A stretch of DNA of 64,000 bases from NCBI GenBank assembly GCA_001873215.1, contig MNYS01000009.1, positions 67,654 to 131,653 on the forward strand, in the 5' to 3' direction. The notes beneath the pieces were generated by a model, which saw only the letters and a program-made list of their open reading frames with translations, ran no database searches and had not been told where the DNA came from. Made by a program: the position numbers and the translations under genes. The DNA comes from Candidatus Levybacteria bacterium CG2_30_37_29 (GTDB taxonomy: Bacteria; Patescibacteriota; Microgenomatia; Levybacterales; GWA1-39-11). Shown one piece after another: positions 39,222-47,644 of the stretch (position 1 is the stretch's first letter; each line of letters begins with the position of its first letter).

Positions 39222-41017
39222 TATCTGCTTGCGCGAAGAGCATTTATTATAACCGCTACATCAATTGTCTCTTGAAAAAAAGCGCCAAAAACCGGAGGAA
39301 TCATGCCGATTGATGCAAAAATCATTCCGCCAATACTTAAACCAATACCCCACCCTATGCTTTGAAGAGCAATGTGAATCGTTCGCTTGGAGATGTTAAT
39401 AGAATCAAGGACTAAAGAGAAATCGTTTCCCAGAAATACGATATCTGATGCTTCAGAGGCAGCTGTTTGTTCTTCGTTGCTAAAAACAATTCCAACATCA
39501 GACAAAGCCAAGGCCGGCGCATCGTTTATTCCGTCCCCCACCATTACAGTTATTTTGCCCTGTTTTCTTAATTCTTTTATTCCTTCCTGTTTGTCTTTTG
39601 GAGTACATTCTGCTTGAACAGTTACCTCTCCTCCCAAAACATCAGCTACTTTTTGTGCTGCCGCAATTTTGTCTCCTGTAAAAATATGGATACTTATTCC
39701 GAGCTTTTTTAGCTTATCAATTATTGTTTTTGATTCTTGTTTTATTTCATCCTCAAATTTAAATACCGCCAATTTATTTTTTCCTTCAGACAAGGCAATA
39801 GACATTCCTTCATCGCTATGTTCCTTTGCAAGCGTATATGTCTTGCCTTTTATTTTTCCGCTAATTCCTGATCCAACAACTTCTTTAATATTTGATGCCA
39901 TAAGAACATTCCCGTGTTTTTCTTTTGCAAAAATAACAATCGCTTTTGCAAGAGGATGAAGAGAATTTCTTTCTATTGCTTCTGAGATTCCAAGAATTTC
40001 TTTTTGGTCGTAGTCACTTGAATATGAAATATATTTTGTTAACTTAGGCTTACCAAGTGTAATTGTTCCTGTTTTATCAAAAATAAAAGTGTTTGCCCGC
40101 GATAAAATTTCAATACTCGCAAGTTTTTTTACAATAATTCTTCTTTTTGCTGCCGCGCTAACTCCTCCAAGAAGTGCTATGGGCGTTGCAAGAATAAGAG
40201 GACAAGGGGTTGCGATAACAAGAACTGCTAAAACATACTGCATGCTGTGTGAATTAAAATAAGCGAATACTGCAATAATAGCCGTAATCAGGGTAAAAAT
40301 CGTACTATACTTATCCGCAAGGCGCACAAGCGGGGCTTTTTCCTCCTGTGCCGACTTCACCAAATTTATAATTTTGTTATAAGTAGAGTTTTGTTGGGTT
40401 TTTGTAACTTTTATTACGATAGGATCTCCTATATTAATTGTTCCGCTTCTTATTTGGTCACCTTTTATTTTTTCCATCAAATAAGGTTCTCCTGTAAGTG
40501 AGGATTCGTCAGTTAATGCTGTTTCAGAAATCAATATTCCGTCAAGTCCAATTACTTCTCCTTTTCGGATAAATATTTCCTGTCCTATTTTTATATTTCC
40601 AATTTTCTCCTTTTTGTTGGCAATTCCTCCTTCCCATAAAACTATGTCGTTTGGAATTCTGTCAACAAGTTTTGTAAGACTTTTTTTTGCTTGTGCTACT
40701 CCATACTCTTCAAGGGTCCTTCCACTTGCAATCATTAATGCAATAATTGAAGCTACAAAATATTCATTGGTTACAACAGAGATAACTATCGCAAGAATAG
40801 CTATATAATCAAGGGCAAAGTGTTTTTTAAGAATTGAAATTGCTGTTTCTTGAAAAAGACGGTAACTTCCGAGAAATATTATAAATATAATTAATATATT
40901 TGAAATTATCTTCTCGCCTGCAAAATTTAGAACTAAAAAAACAATAATTCCAATAAAAACCAAAATTGGAATCCGGAAACTTTTAAAAAGATTATTGATA
41001 TTGTCGTTATTTTTCAT
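39218..41017 (-). CDS. Heavy-metal P1B-type ATPase
   Basis: TGEP, TPCP(L), DKTGT, SLHPLA, GDGIND, QETID. Confidence 0.92.
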   Translation of the reverse strand: MKNNDNINNLFKSFRIPILVFIGIIVFLVLNFAGEKIISNILIIFIIFLGSYRLFQETAISILKKHFALDYIAILAIVISVVTNEYFVASIIALMIASGRTLEEYGVAQAKKSLTKLVDRIPNDIVLWEGGIANKKEKIGNIKIGQEIFIRKGEVIGLDGILISETALTDESSLTGEPYLMEKIKGDQIRSGTINIGDPIVIKVTKTQQNSTYNKIINLVKSAQEEKAPLVRLADKYSTIFTLITAIIAVFAYFNSHSMQYVLAVLVIATPCPLILATPIALLGGVSAAAKRRIIVKKLASIEILSRANTFIFDKTGTITLGKPKLTKYISYSSDYDQKEILGISEAIERNSLHPLAKAIVIFAKEKHGNVLMASNIKEVVGSGISGKIKGKTYTLAKEHSDEGMSIALSEGKNKLAVFKFEDEIKQESKTIIDKLKKLGISIHIFTGDKIAAAQKVADVLGGEVTVQAECTPKDKQEGIKELRKQGKITVMVGDGINDAPALALSDVGIVFSNEEQTAASEASDIVFLGNDFSLVLDSINISKRTIHIALQSIGWGIGLSIGGMIFASIGMIPPVFGAFFQETIDVAVIINALRASRY

Positions 41018-41022
41018 GATAA

Positions 41023-43734
41023 TTAACGTTTTATTAATTTTATTTTATATTCCTTATCTTGTATAAGAGTATCCTCTATGATAATCATATTTTCCGCAAG
41101 AGTTGCGTTTTCTACTTCTTGAGGAGCATATCCTTGAGGGTAATGAAACCTTAAAACGAATGGATAGTCTTCTGTGCCTGGCTGTTTCACAACAAGCAAG
41201 GAATATGTAAAAAGAGAAAGGTTTTTTGGCATTTCCGCACCATTTTTATAAGTTACATCTATCTTTTGGTCTGTTTGCTTTTTTGTTGTTGTAACAAAGC
41301 CAAATTTTTGCAGTCCGTCTCCTTCGCGATCTACCTCAAGTCCATCCGGAGGCTTGAAATTTTTTGATTCATAGATACGGAAATCCGTAATAGCTGGTGT
41401 AATCGTTTGTTTTTTTCCATCAAGAAAAATATCTTGTAGCCCGCTTTGCGGTGGAGAAATAAAACGTGCGTAAAAAAGATAATCTTTGGATGAAGGTTTT
41501 GAATTTAAAATTAAAAGCGTTGCTTTTGAATTTATTTTGTTGTCTGAAAAATAAACATCGTATTCTACTTTTCTACTTAAAGAAATGTTTGCTTTGTTAA
41601 CGCCGATATTTGCCTCGTTAACAGAAAATGTGTCATAAACAGTGTTATCATTTTTAATCCGTGGATCATAAAATCCTCCAGAAAAAGAATTTACTTGAAA
41701 TACTTTTTGTATAGAAGTTGTGTTAAATGCAAAAAGAATATGTTTTGTCGGAAGAAGTTCGGTAACCAGCTGACCTGTTTTATATATGTTATTTGGGTTT
41801 TCTTCAAGCCTCAAAGACAATTTATTAAATAAAGAAGTTAATAATTCTTTTTTCTTGCTTGTGCCAGGAAAAAAATCTTTATCAATTGTATCTTGAAGAA
41901 ATTCAAAAGTATTATTTTCATCAAGTTTTTTTTGGTAACCCGCGATGTCTATCGGTCCCAAAATTTTTATAAGTCTTCTGACTGCTTCAAAATCAATTGC
42001 TATAACTCCATCGACTTTTTTTCCTGTTTCAAGATTATATAAAAGTGCTGCGGTGCTCGCGCTATTCTCAAAGTCCAATGAAAAGTTACTATCGCGCAAA
42101 TACAAATGTTTTTGTAAATATCGTCTAACTATATATGGTGGTTCAACATGAGCTTTAAGTTGCCCATCACCCGTATATACATCTTCGATAGAAAACTTTG
42201 AAAGCTTGCCCTTGGAAAATGTAGCTTCTCCAATTGATCCGATAAATCCACCGTTAGGTCTTAGCTCTCCATTGTTTTGAAAAAGAAGAAGGTATGTTTT
42301 GTCACGGTCATATCCTAGGATTTGCAAAGCCTGTTCCCCAATGCTTATAAGGCGGGAATATTTTTCGTTAATATAATTATCAAATATTTTTGTGTTGATG
42401 ACTGTTCTTAATTTCTCAACTTCAAAATATAAAAAAGATATATTTGCTATGGTTTGTGAAAAGGTTTTGGCGTCAAGTCCTGAGCCAACCTTTTGAATTG
42501 TATTAAGATTATCAGATGCAAGAATAAGGAGGTCGGATGCATCAGTAATATTTTTAAACTTTGAATATTCTGCATCAATTATTGGAATAGTTCCTAATTT
42601 TCCGAGAAGCAAAATACCCGGTTTTATAATTGAAAGGAGTGTTCTTGCTGATGAAATTGATTTTTTTGCCGCAGAAAAATCATTTTTTTCAAAAGCGCTT
42701 GATGCATTTTTAAATTCAAATATTACAGCCGCCATTGCAATAATATGAATAATTATAAAAACAAAAAAAGAAAATATAAAAATGAAAAGCAATTTCTTTT
42801 TGGAGAAAATAGGAGTTTTGCGTGATGAATGTATTTTTTCATTTTTTGGTATGTCTGCATCGCTTGTTTCAAGAGGAATTGTTGTTTGACCTGCCTGCCG
42901 GTAGGCAAGGTTTTGATCTTTGGTGTTAATACTTTTTTCAAAACCCAAAAAATATTTATCAAGAAATTGAGGCTTTACAACAAGCTTTGAGCTTATCTCC
43001 TCATCTATTTCTGAAAATGATTTAGACGTATCTTTTTCTCCATTTCCTTCTTGAAAATCAATGGACAGATCACTTTCCACTCTTTTTAATAGGTGTGCGG
43101 CAGAAATAACTGTTTGTGGATGACTGTAGAAAAGATAGAAAAAGTTATTATTTTTTCGTGAACCGAATAATATATGATGAATTCCGGTTATTGCATCCGC
43201 AACGCTAATTGGGAAAACGGGAGTTAAGTCGTTTCCTGAGAAAATTATTTTTTTGTTTTTGGTTGCATTTCGAATAATTTTGGCAATATTGGAAGTGGAA
43301 AAAGAAGGACCTTCCCCAAATACATCTCCCAAAAACCCAAAAAACAAATTATGTTCTTTTTTCCATTCCAAAAGAATGTCATAAAATAATTCCCGCAAAC
43401 CGATATCAATAAGAATTAATATTTTAGCATTGTCCTTTTTTAGTTTTGAAAGTACATGTGCAATATATTTTCTATCTTTTTGGTCTTCCAGAAAAATCAA
43501 ACCGTATTCAATTTCATCTTCAAGATTATTTAAAAGATATGAGGAATCAGGAAGTATGCGGTAATAATTTTCCGAAGACGACGCGGCTTCTTGGGAACTC
43601 TCACATACATGGGCTATTTTGAAATCATCTCGTAGCCTTTCAAGCAACACTGGAATAAGAGGATTGGAATTACCGCAAAGTAGAAGAATCGGTTTTTTTT
43701 TAGTATGTTCTTCAATATTGAATGTTTCGGGCAT
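41023..43734 (-). CDS. DUF4012-domain membrane protein with a degenerate epimerase-like N-terminus
   Basis: YLLLFQNNGELRPNGGFIGS, LRDSNFSLDF, VNEANIGVNKAN. Confidence 0.8.
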   Translation of the reverse strand: MPETFNIEEHTKKKPILLLCGNSNPLIPVLLERLRDDFKIAHVCESSQEAASSSENYYRILPDSSYLLNNLEDEIEYGLIFLEDQKDRKYIAHVLSKLKKDNAKILILIDIGLRELFYDILLEWKKEHNLFFGFLGDVFGEGPSFSTSNIAKIIRNATKNKKIIFSGNDLTPVFPISVADAITGIHHILFGSRKNNNFFYLFYSHPQTVISAAHLLKRVESDLSIDFQEGNGEKDTSKSFSEIDEEISSKLVVKPQFLDKYFLGFEKSINTKDQNLAYRQAGQTTIPLETSDADIPKNEKIHSSRKTPIFSKKKLLFIFIFSFFVFIIIHIIAMAAVIFEFKNASSAFEKNDFSAAKKSISSARTLLSIIKPGILLLGKLGTIPIIDAEYSKFKNITDASDLLILASDNLNTIQKVGSGLDAKTFSQTIANISFLYFEVEKLRTVINTKIFDNYINEKYSRLISIGEQALQILGYDRDKTYLLLFQNNGELRPNGGFIGSIGEATFSKGKLSKFSIEDVYTGDGQLKAHVEPPYIVRRYLQKHLYLRDSNFSLDFENSASTAALLYNLETGKKVDGVIAIDFEAVRRLIKILGPIDIAGYQKKLDENNTFEFLQDTIDKDFFPGTSKKKELLTSLFNKLSLRLEENPNNIYKTGQLVTELLPTKHILFAFNTTSIQKVFQVNSFSGGFYDPRIKNDNTVYDTFSVNEANIGVNKANISLSRKVEYDVYFSDNKINSKATLLILNSKPSSKDYLFYARFISPPQSGLQDIFLDGKKQTITPAITDFRIYESKNFKPPDGLEVDREGDGLQKFGFVTTTKKQTDQKIDVTYKNGAEMPKNLSLFTYSLLVVKQPGTEDYPFVLRFHYPQGYAPQEVENATLAENMIIIEDTLIQDKEYKIKLIKR

Positions 43735-43792
43735 GGTAATTTAATTCTAGTGAAAAGTGGACTAATTGTCTATATTAATTGAGGAAAGTGTG

Positions 43793-44224
43793 TTAAATTT
43801 TGTGGTCAAGAGCCAAGTTTACCATTCTGTCTGCTGCAAAATTTTTCTCTCGCGGAATGGCGTGATAAAAAATTTTTCCTTCTAATTTTTCCTCAAGACT
43901 TTTTATGGTAAAAAACAGACTTCTCAAATTCTCATTTTTTATTTTCCAAAGTCCACCCAATTGGGATGCGACAAGTTGTGAATCAAGAAAAAACTGTACG
44001 GTAATATTGTCTTTATCAACATTTTTTACAAGCCATTGGAGCGCAGCAACAACACCTGAATATTCCGCGACATTATTGGTATTTATTCCAATTCTTTTTC
44101 CTTCTTGGTAAATAATTTCGTTTTCCCCGTCTTGCACAACAAATCCATACGCCGCTTCTCCTGGGTTTCCCCGCGACCCGCCATCGGTAAATATAATAAA
44201 ATCCGGTTTGTTAGTTGAATTCAT
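43793..44224 (-). CDS. rnhA: Ribonuclease HI
   Basis: FTDGGSRGNPG, TNNVAEY, DSQLV, PREKN..AD. Confidence 0.92.
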   Translation of the reverse strand: MNSTNKPDFIIFTDGGSRGNPGEAAYGFVVQDGENEIIYQEGKRIGINTNNVAEYSGVVAALQWLVKNVDKDNITVQFFLDSQLVASQLGGLWKIKNENLRSLFFTIKSLEEKLEGKIFYHAIPREKNFAADRMVNLALDHKI

Positions 44225-45468
44225 ATATTTTTCGTCCTTTGTAATGCTAAATATACCACCATTCCGCTAAAAACAATTCCCTCACAAATAACTGTTATAA
44301 CAGATGCGGCAATATAAGAATAGTGGGGGATATAAAAAATGTTTAAGACAATATTTAAAAACAGTGAAAAAAGATAAAGAAAAATTAAAAACATTTTTTT
44401 GTTTTCTATAACAAGAACCCATTGTAAAATACTTGTTAAGAAAAAAAACGGAAGTGATAATGAAAGTATTCTAATTGGAAGAATTACATAAGAAAGCTCG
44501 GGTTTTAATACGGGTAGTAAGGGTGATAGAAAAAAAACAAAAAATATAAAAACAATCGAGATAAGAGTTAGTAGAAAAGAATAACGCTTAATATCCCGAT
44601 AGAAAAATGATGTAGATTTTTTTTCAAGAAGAAGAGGGTAAATGCTGTTTGCAAAAAAAGCAGGAATAGCAATAAGGAATTCAAAGATGCGATAGGAAAA
44701 TCCATAGATACCAATATCTCCTGTTGGTCTTAAAAATGACAAAATAACAGTGTCGGCTTTTGCATAAATCAAATTAAAAAGAAGAATTAATCCAAGAGGA
44801 GCAGAGGAAAAAAGAAGAGGTTTTGAAAATTTGAAAAAATTGTGTACCTTTTTTTTCACAGGAAATTTTTTCAAAACCGAAAAGAAAAGTAAAACACCGA
44901 ATAAAATTCCGGACATAACATAAGATAAAAGAATAATATAAATATTTTGTAAAAAGGTTCCGGCGAGGACAAAAGAAAGCAATGTTACAGATGTAATAAA
45001 TGAAGGAATAATTGATGTTTTGTAATTTTTTGTTTTCTGCTGAATTGCAGCAAATGAAATTGCAAGCCCTTGAGTAAAAAGAGTAAAAGAATAAATAAGT
45101 ATTCCAATTTTTTCAAACGGTGAAAATCCGATAGAAGATGCTGCGTTATAGGGAAGAACAATCGTTATAAGTCCTATGCAAATATATAAAATTAAAGAAA
45201 GCAAAAACCGTAACAAAATAAGATTTATAAAATTTTTTTCAATCTCCTCGCGTGTTTTTTGGATAAAAATTCCGTTAATTCCAAAATCAACCGCCAAGTA
45301 AAATAGTGATACAAAAGTTACAATTTTTGTAAAACTTCCAAAAAGTGAAATTCCAAGAAAATAGGAAATAAGAAGGGTTACGATTAAAGTTGAAAAACTT
45401 GATAAAAATCTCACGGTTAATTGAGAAATGGTGTTGGTAAAAATATTTCTTAGCCCGAGATTTTCCAT
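44221..45468 (-). CDS. Wzx-like polysaccharide flippase
   Basis: About 12 TM helices; DFGIN, YAKADTVIL, GIYGFSY. Confidence 0.85.
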   Translation of the reverse strand: MENLGLRNIFTNTISQLTVRFLSSFSTLIVTLLISYFLGISLFGSFTKIVTFVSLFYLAVDFGINGIFIQKTREEIEKNFINLILLRFLLSLILYICIGLITIVLPYNAASSIGFSPFEKIGILIYSFTLFTQGLAISFAAIQQKTKNYKTSIIPSFITSVTLLSFVLAGTFLQNIYIILLSYVMSGILFGVLLFFSVLKKFPVKKKVHNFFKFSKPLLFSSAPLGLILLFNLIYAKADTVILSFLRPTGDIGIYGFSYRIFEFLIAIPAFFANSIYPLLLEKKSTSFFYRDIKRYSFLLTLISIVFIFFVFFLSPLLPVLKPELSYVILPIRILSLSLPFFFLTSILQWVLVIENKKMFLIFLYLFSLFLNIVLNIFYIPHYSYIAASVITVICEGIVFSGMVVYLALQRTKNI

Positions 45469-45503
45469 AATTTAGATAGTTATATAGATAAATTGGTGCA
45501 TAG

Positions 45504-45881
45504 TTATTTTCTGGTTTTTGTTATTTTATCATTAGAGATTAAAATCACTGAGTTTGCAATAACGCTTCTTTTAATTTTTGGAAGCTGTTTTTTACAAATG
45601 CTATTAATATGTTTAGGTGCGTTTGATCCTACCGTAATAACAACTATCCCTTTAGTTCCCTCTGCTCGCGCCGTAGTATAACCCAAAAAATCACGATCGA
45701 GAGTTATTAGTGTTTTGCCAAGTTTCTTTGCATGCTTTAAATGAGAAATGTCAGGTTTGTTTAAAAAATTATATTCCAAAGCATGTCTTATTGAATAGCC
45801 TAAAGATCGAAGATATAAAACGGTTGTAAAAGGGAAGCACTCATCAGCGTATATTTGTAGATCCGATTTCTTAGAGGGCAT
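45504..45881 (-). CDS. DUF5615 PIN-like putative toxin
   Basis: YADECFP...LRSLGY, LITLDRDF, GIVVI. Confidence 0.82.
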   Translation of the reverse strand: MPSKKSDLQIYADECFPFTTVLYLRSLGYSIRHALEYNFLNKPDISHLKHAKKLGKTLITLDRDFLGYTTARAEGTKGIVVITVGSNAPKHINSICKKQLPKIKRSVIANSVILISNDKITKTRK

Positions 45882-46062
45882 ACTGACCAGTGAATTCTCT
45901 GTTCTTTATTTCATCAAGTGCTTTTTTGATATTTTTTTCCTTGATCCAAGGATAAGAAGTAACAAAATCGGAAACGTTATATCCTTCTTTTAGATAATCA
46001 AGCAAGAAAGCTATTGGAATTTTACTTCCCGGAACCAGATTCTTTTTATTTACTGTTTTCAT
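45871..46062 (-). CDS. DUF433 putative antitoxin
   Basis: GSKIPIAFLLDYLKEG...YPWI; overlaps the PIN gene. Confidence 0.8.
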   Translation of the reverse strand: MKTVNKKNLVPGSKIPIAFLLDYLKEGYNVSDFVTSYPWIKEKNIKKALDEIKNREFTGQYAL

Positions 46063-46125
46063 ATGAAAATTATATCATATCTTGGATTATATTTCCTGTT
46101 TTGGCCGTGAATTGGGTAAAATTAT

Positions 46126-46195
46126 CCCCTTGTAAGCTAGGTGAGTTGCCTCACGCAAGGCATGGAGCCTGCTTTCACTTATAAGGAGCCCATGT
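46126..46195 (-). ncRNA. Candidate structured RNA of unknown family (three-way junction plus pseudoknot)
   Basis: P1 CTCCTTATAAG/CTTACAAGGGG, P2 GCAGGC-TCCAT-GCC(T)TGC, P3 GTGAG-GCAA-CTCAC; 5' ATGGG complementary to L2 TCCAT; TTGACT-18 nt-TATTAT promoter upstream. Confidence 0.55.
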
Positions 46196-46357
46196 AATTA
46201 TATAATAAGCAATATAAAAAAACAAAGTCAAGGGGGTAAAAATATTTCTTAGCCCGAGATTCTCCATATTGACGTAAATTGAATTATATCAGGAATTAGT
46301 TTGCGCGTTAAAGTTTTTTTCAACCAAAATAGTATTTAAATCCCAGCTGCAAAAAAA

Positions 46358-46633
46358 TTAATAGATTGCTCTGCAGTTTACAAGATCATCCTTTTGTTCA
46401 TGTGTCAATTTTTTCAATTCTTTTTCCCTAAGCATTGCAAAACTTCTTGTTTGGTATGGTTCAATATGGACAAATTTTACAGGTCTGCGAGTTTCAGTAT
46501 AGTTAGCACCGCGAAATTTACCAATACCGTTGTGTTCTTTTTCTCTCTCAACTATATTATCAGTTTGCCCGGTATAATAACTGCCATCTGAGCATTGGGC
46601 GAGATATACATAAAAGACAGGAGGACGAAGCAT
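46358..46633 (-). CDS. GIY-YIG nuclease-family protein (UPF0213-like)
   Basis: YVYLAQCSDGSYYTGQT, REKEHN, REKELKKL; flanked by a 20-bp near-direct repeat (46330-46349, 46671-46690). Confidence 0.88.
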   Translation of the reverse strand: MLRPPVFYVYLAQCSDGSYYTGQTDNIVEREKEHNGIGKFRGANYTETRRPVKFVHIEPYQTRSFAMLREKELKKLTHEQKDDLVNCRAIY

Positions 46634-46715
46634 AATAAAAGAGTAGCACAGAAAGTAGAGAAATGAAAATTAGTATTTAAATCCTAGCAGTGGTAAAATA
46701 ACACCAAATTTATAT

Positions 46716-46868
46716 ATGAAAATTCAGGATGATATTTTAAGTTATCGCGAGATGTGCGACGCGGAAAACGTACAGACGCTCCAGCGCGGTATGAATTATC
46801 GTTTAAACCCTCAGTATTCTGTGATTCTTATGTCTCAGAGATCAAATGCGCCCTGTTTTTTAATTTGA
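46716..46868 (+). pseudogene. Truncated N-terminus of an HNH-endonuclease-like protein
   Basis: MKIQDDILSYREMCDAENVQTLQRGMNYRLNPQYSVILMSQRSNAP then an abrupt stop; recalled as the N-terminus of an HNH family. Confidence 0.55.
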
Positions 46869-46915
46869 CTTCTTGGCAACCTGTTTTCCCTAATTAGTAG
46901 TGATATACTGGAGCT

Positions 46916-47644
46916 ATGGAGAATATATTTTTTGAAAAGATTAACAATAAAAAGATTTTTTGTTATTTATCAGAACCCGAGCCATCTCTCAAAAAGATAG
47001 TAATCATGAGTCATGGATTTAGAGGAACCTCCGCTGGTCCTGCAAGGCAGTTTGTAGATTTCCAAAGAATTTTAAACAAAGAAGGTTTTTCTGTTTTACG
47101 TTTTGATCAACCTAATAGCGGCAATTCAGACGGAGACTTTTTGGATGTTTCTTATGCTGAGTGGGTAGATACAACCGTATATTTTGCCAAAAAATATTTA
47201 GATTCTGGCTATAAAGTTGCTTTGATGGGTCAGAGTATGGGAGCCGCTGTAAGCATAGTTGCGACTGAAAGACCAGAACTTAAAAACAAAATTCCTTGTA
47301 TTCTTCTTTGGGTACCGGGTGTAAATGATGGGGATTTTAAAGGAGAGGATGATGAAGTTTTTGAAGAGGCCGCTCAGAAATATAAGGGAATATTTTGGAA
47401 AGAAGCAAGGCAATTAGATACTTTTAAATGTTTGAAGGAATATACAGGTGGAATACATCTTGTTTACGGAGAGAAGGATGTATTTGTAAGTGCTGAGCTA
47501 CGTGCACGCGTGATAGAAATAGTTAAAGGGAAAAATCAACCCTATATGATTTTAAAAGGGCAAGATCATAGTCCTTGGGAATACGATTTAGTACAAGAAG
47601 TTTACAAACAAGAACTCGCAAAGTTAAAAGAATATCTACCCTAA
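46916..47644 (+). CDS. Alpha/beta hydrolase
   Basis: HGF, RFD..GNSDG, GQSMG nucleophile elbow, GEKD, DH. Confidence 0.88.
   Translation: MENIFFEKINNKKIFCYLSEPEPSLKKIVIMSHGFRGTSAGPARQFVDFQRILNKEGFSVLRFDQPNSGNSDGDFLDVSYAEWVDTTVYFAKKYLDSGYKVALMGQSMGAAVSIVATERPELKNKIPCILLWVPGVNDGDFKGEDDEVFEEAAQKYKGIFWKEARQLDTFKCLKEYTGGIHLVYGEKDVFVSAELRARVIEIVKGKNQPYMILKGQDHSPWEYDLVQEVYKQELAKLKEYLP

Larger units (their letters stand above)
45436..46268 (-). mobile_element. Direct-repeat-bounded cassette (TA pair and ncRNA) inserted at the flippase start
   Basis: 34-bp repeat 45436-45469 vs 46235-46268 (1 mismatch) covering the first 11 codons of the flippase. Confidence 0.8.

Noticed and set aside
46126-46195. 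Assignment as a hammerhead, HDV-like, twister or pistol ribozyme
   Set aside because: Lacks CUGAnGA, the HDV helix order and the twister/pistol conserved nucleotides; left as unknown
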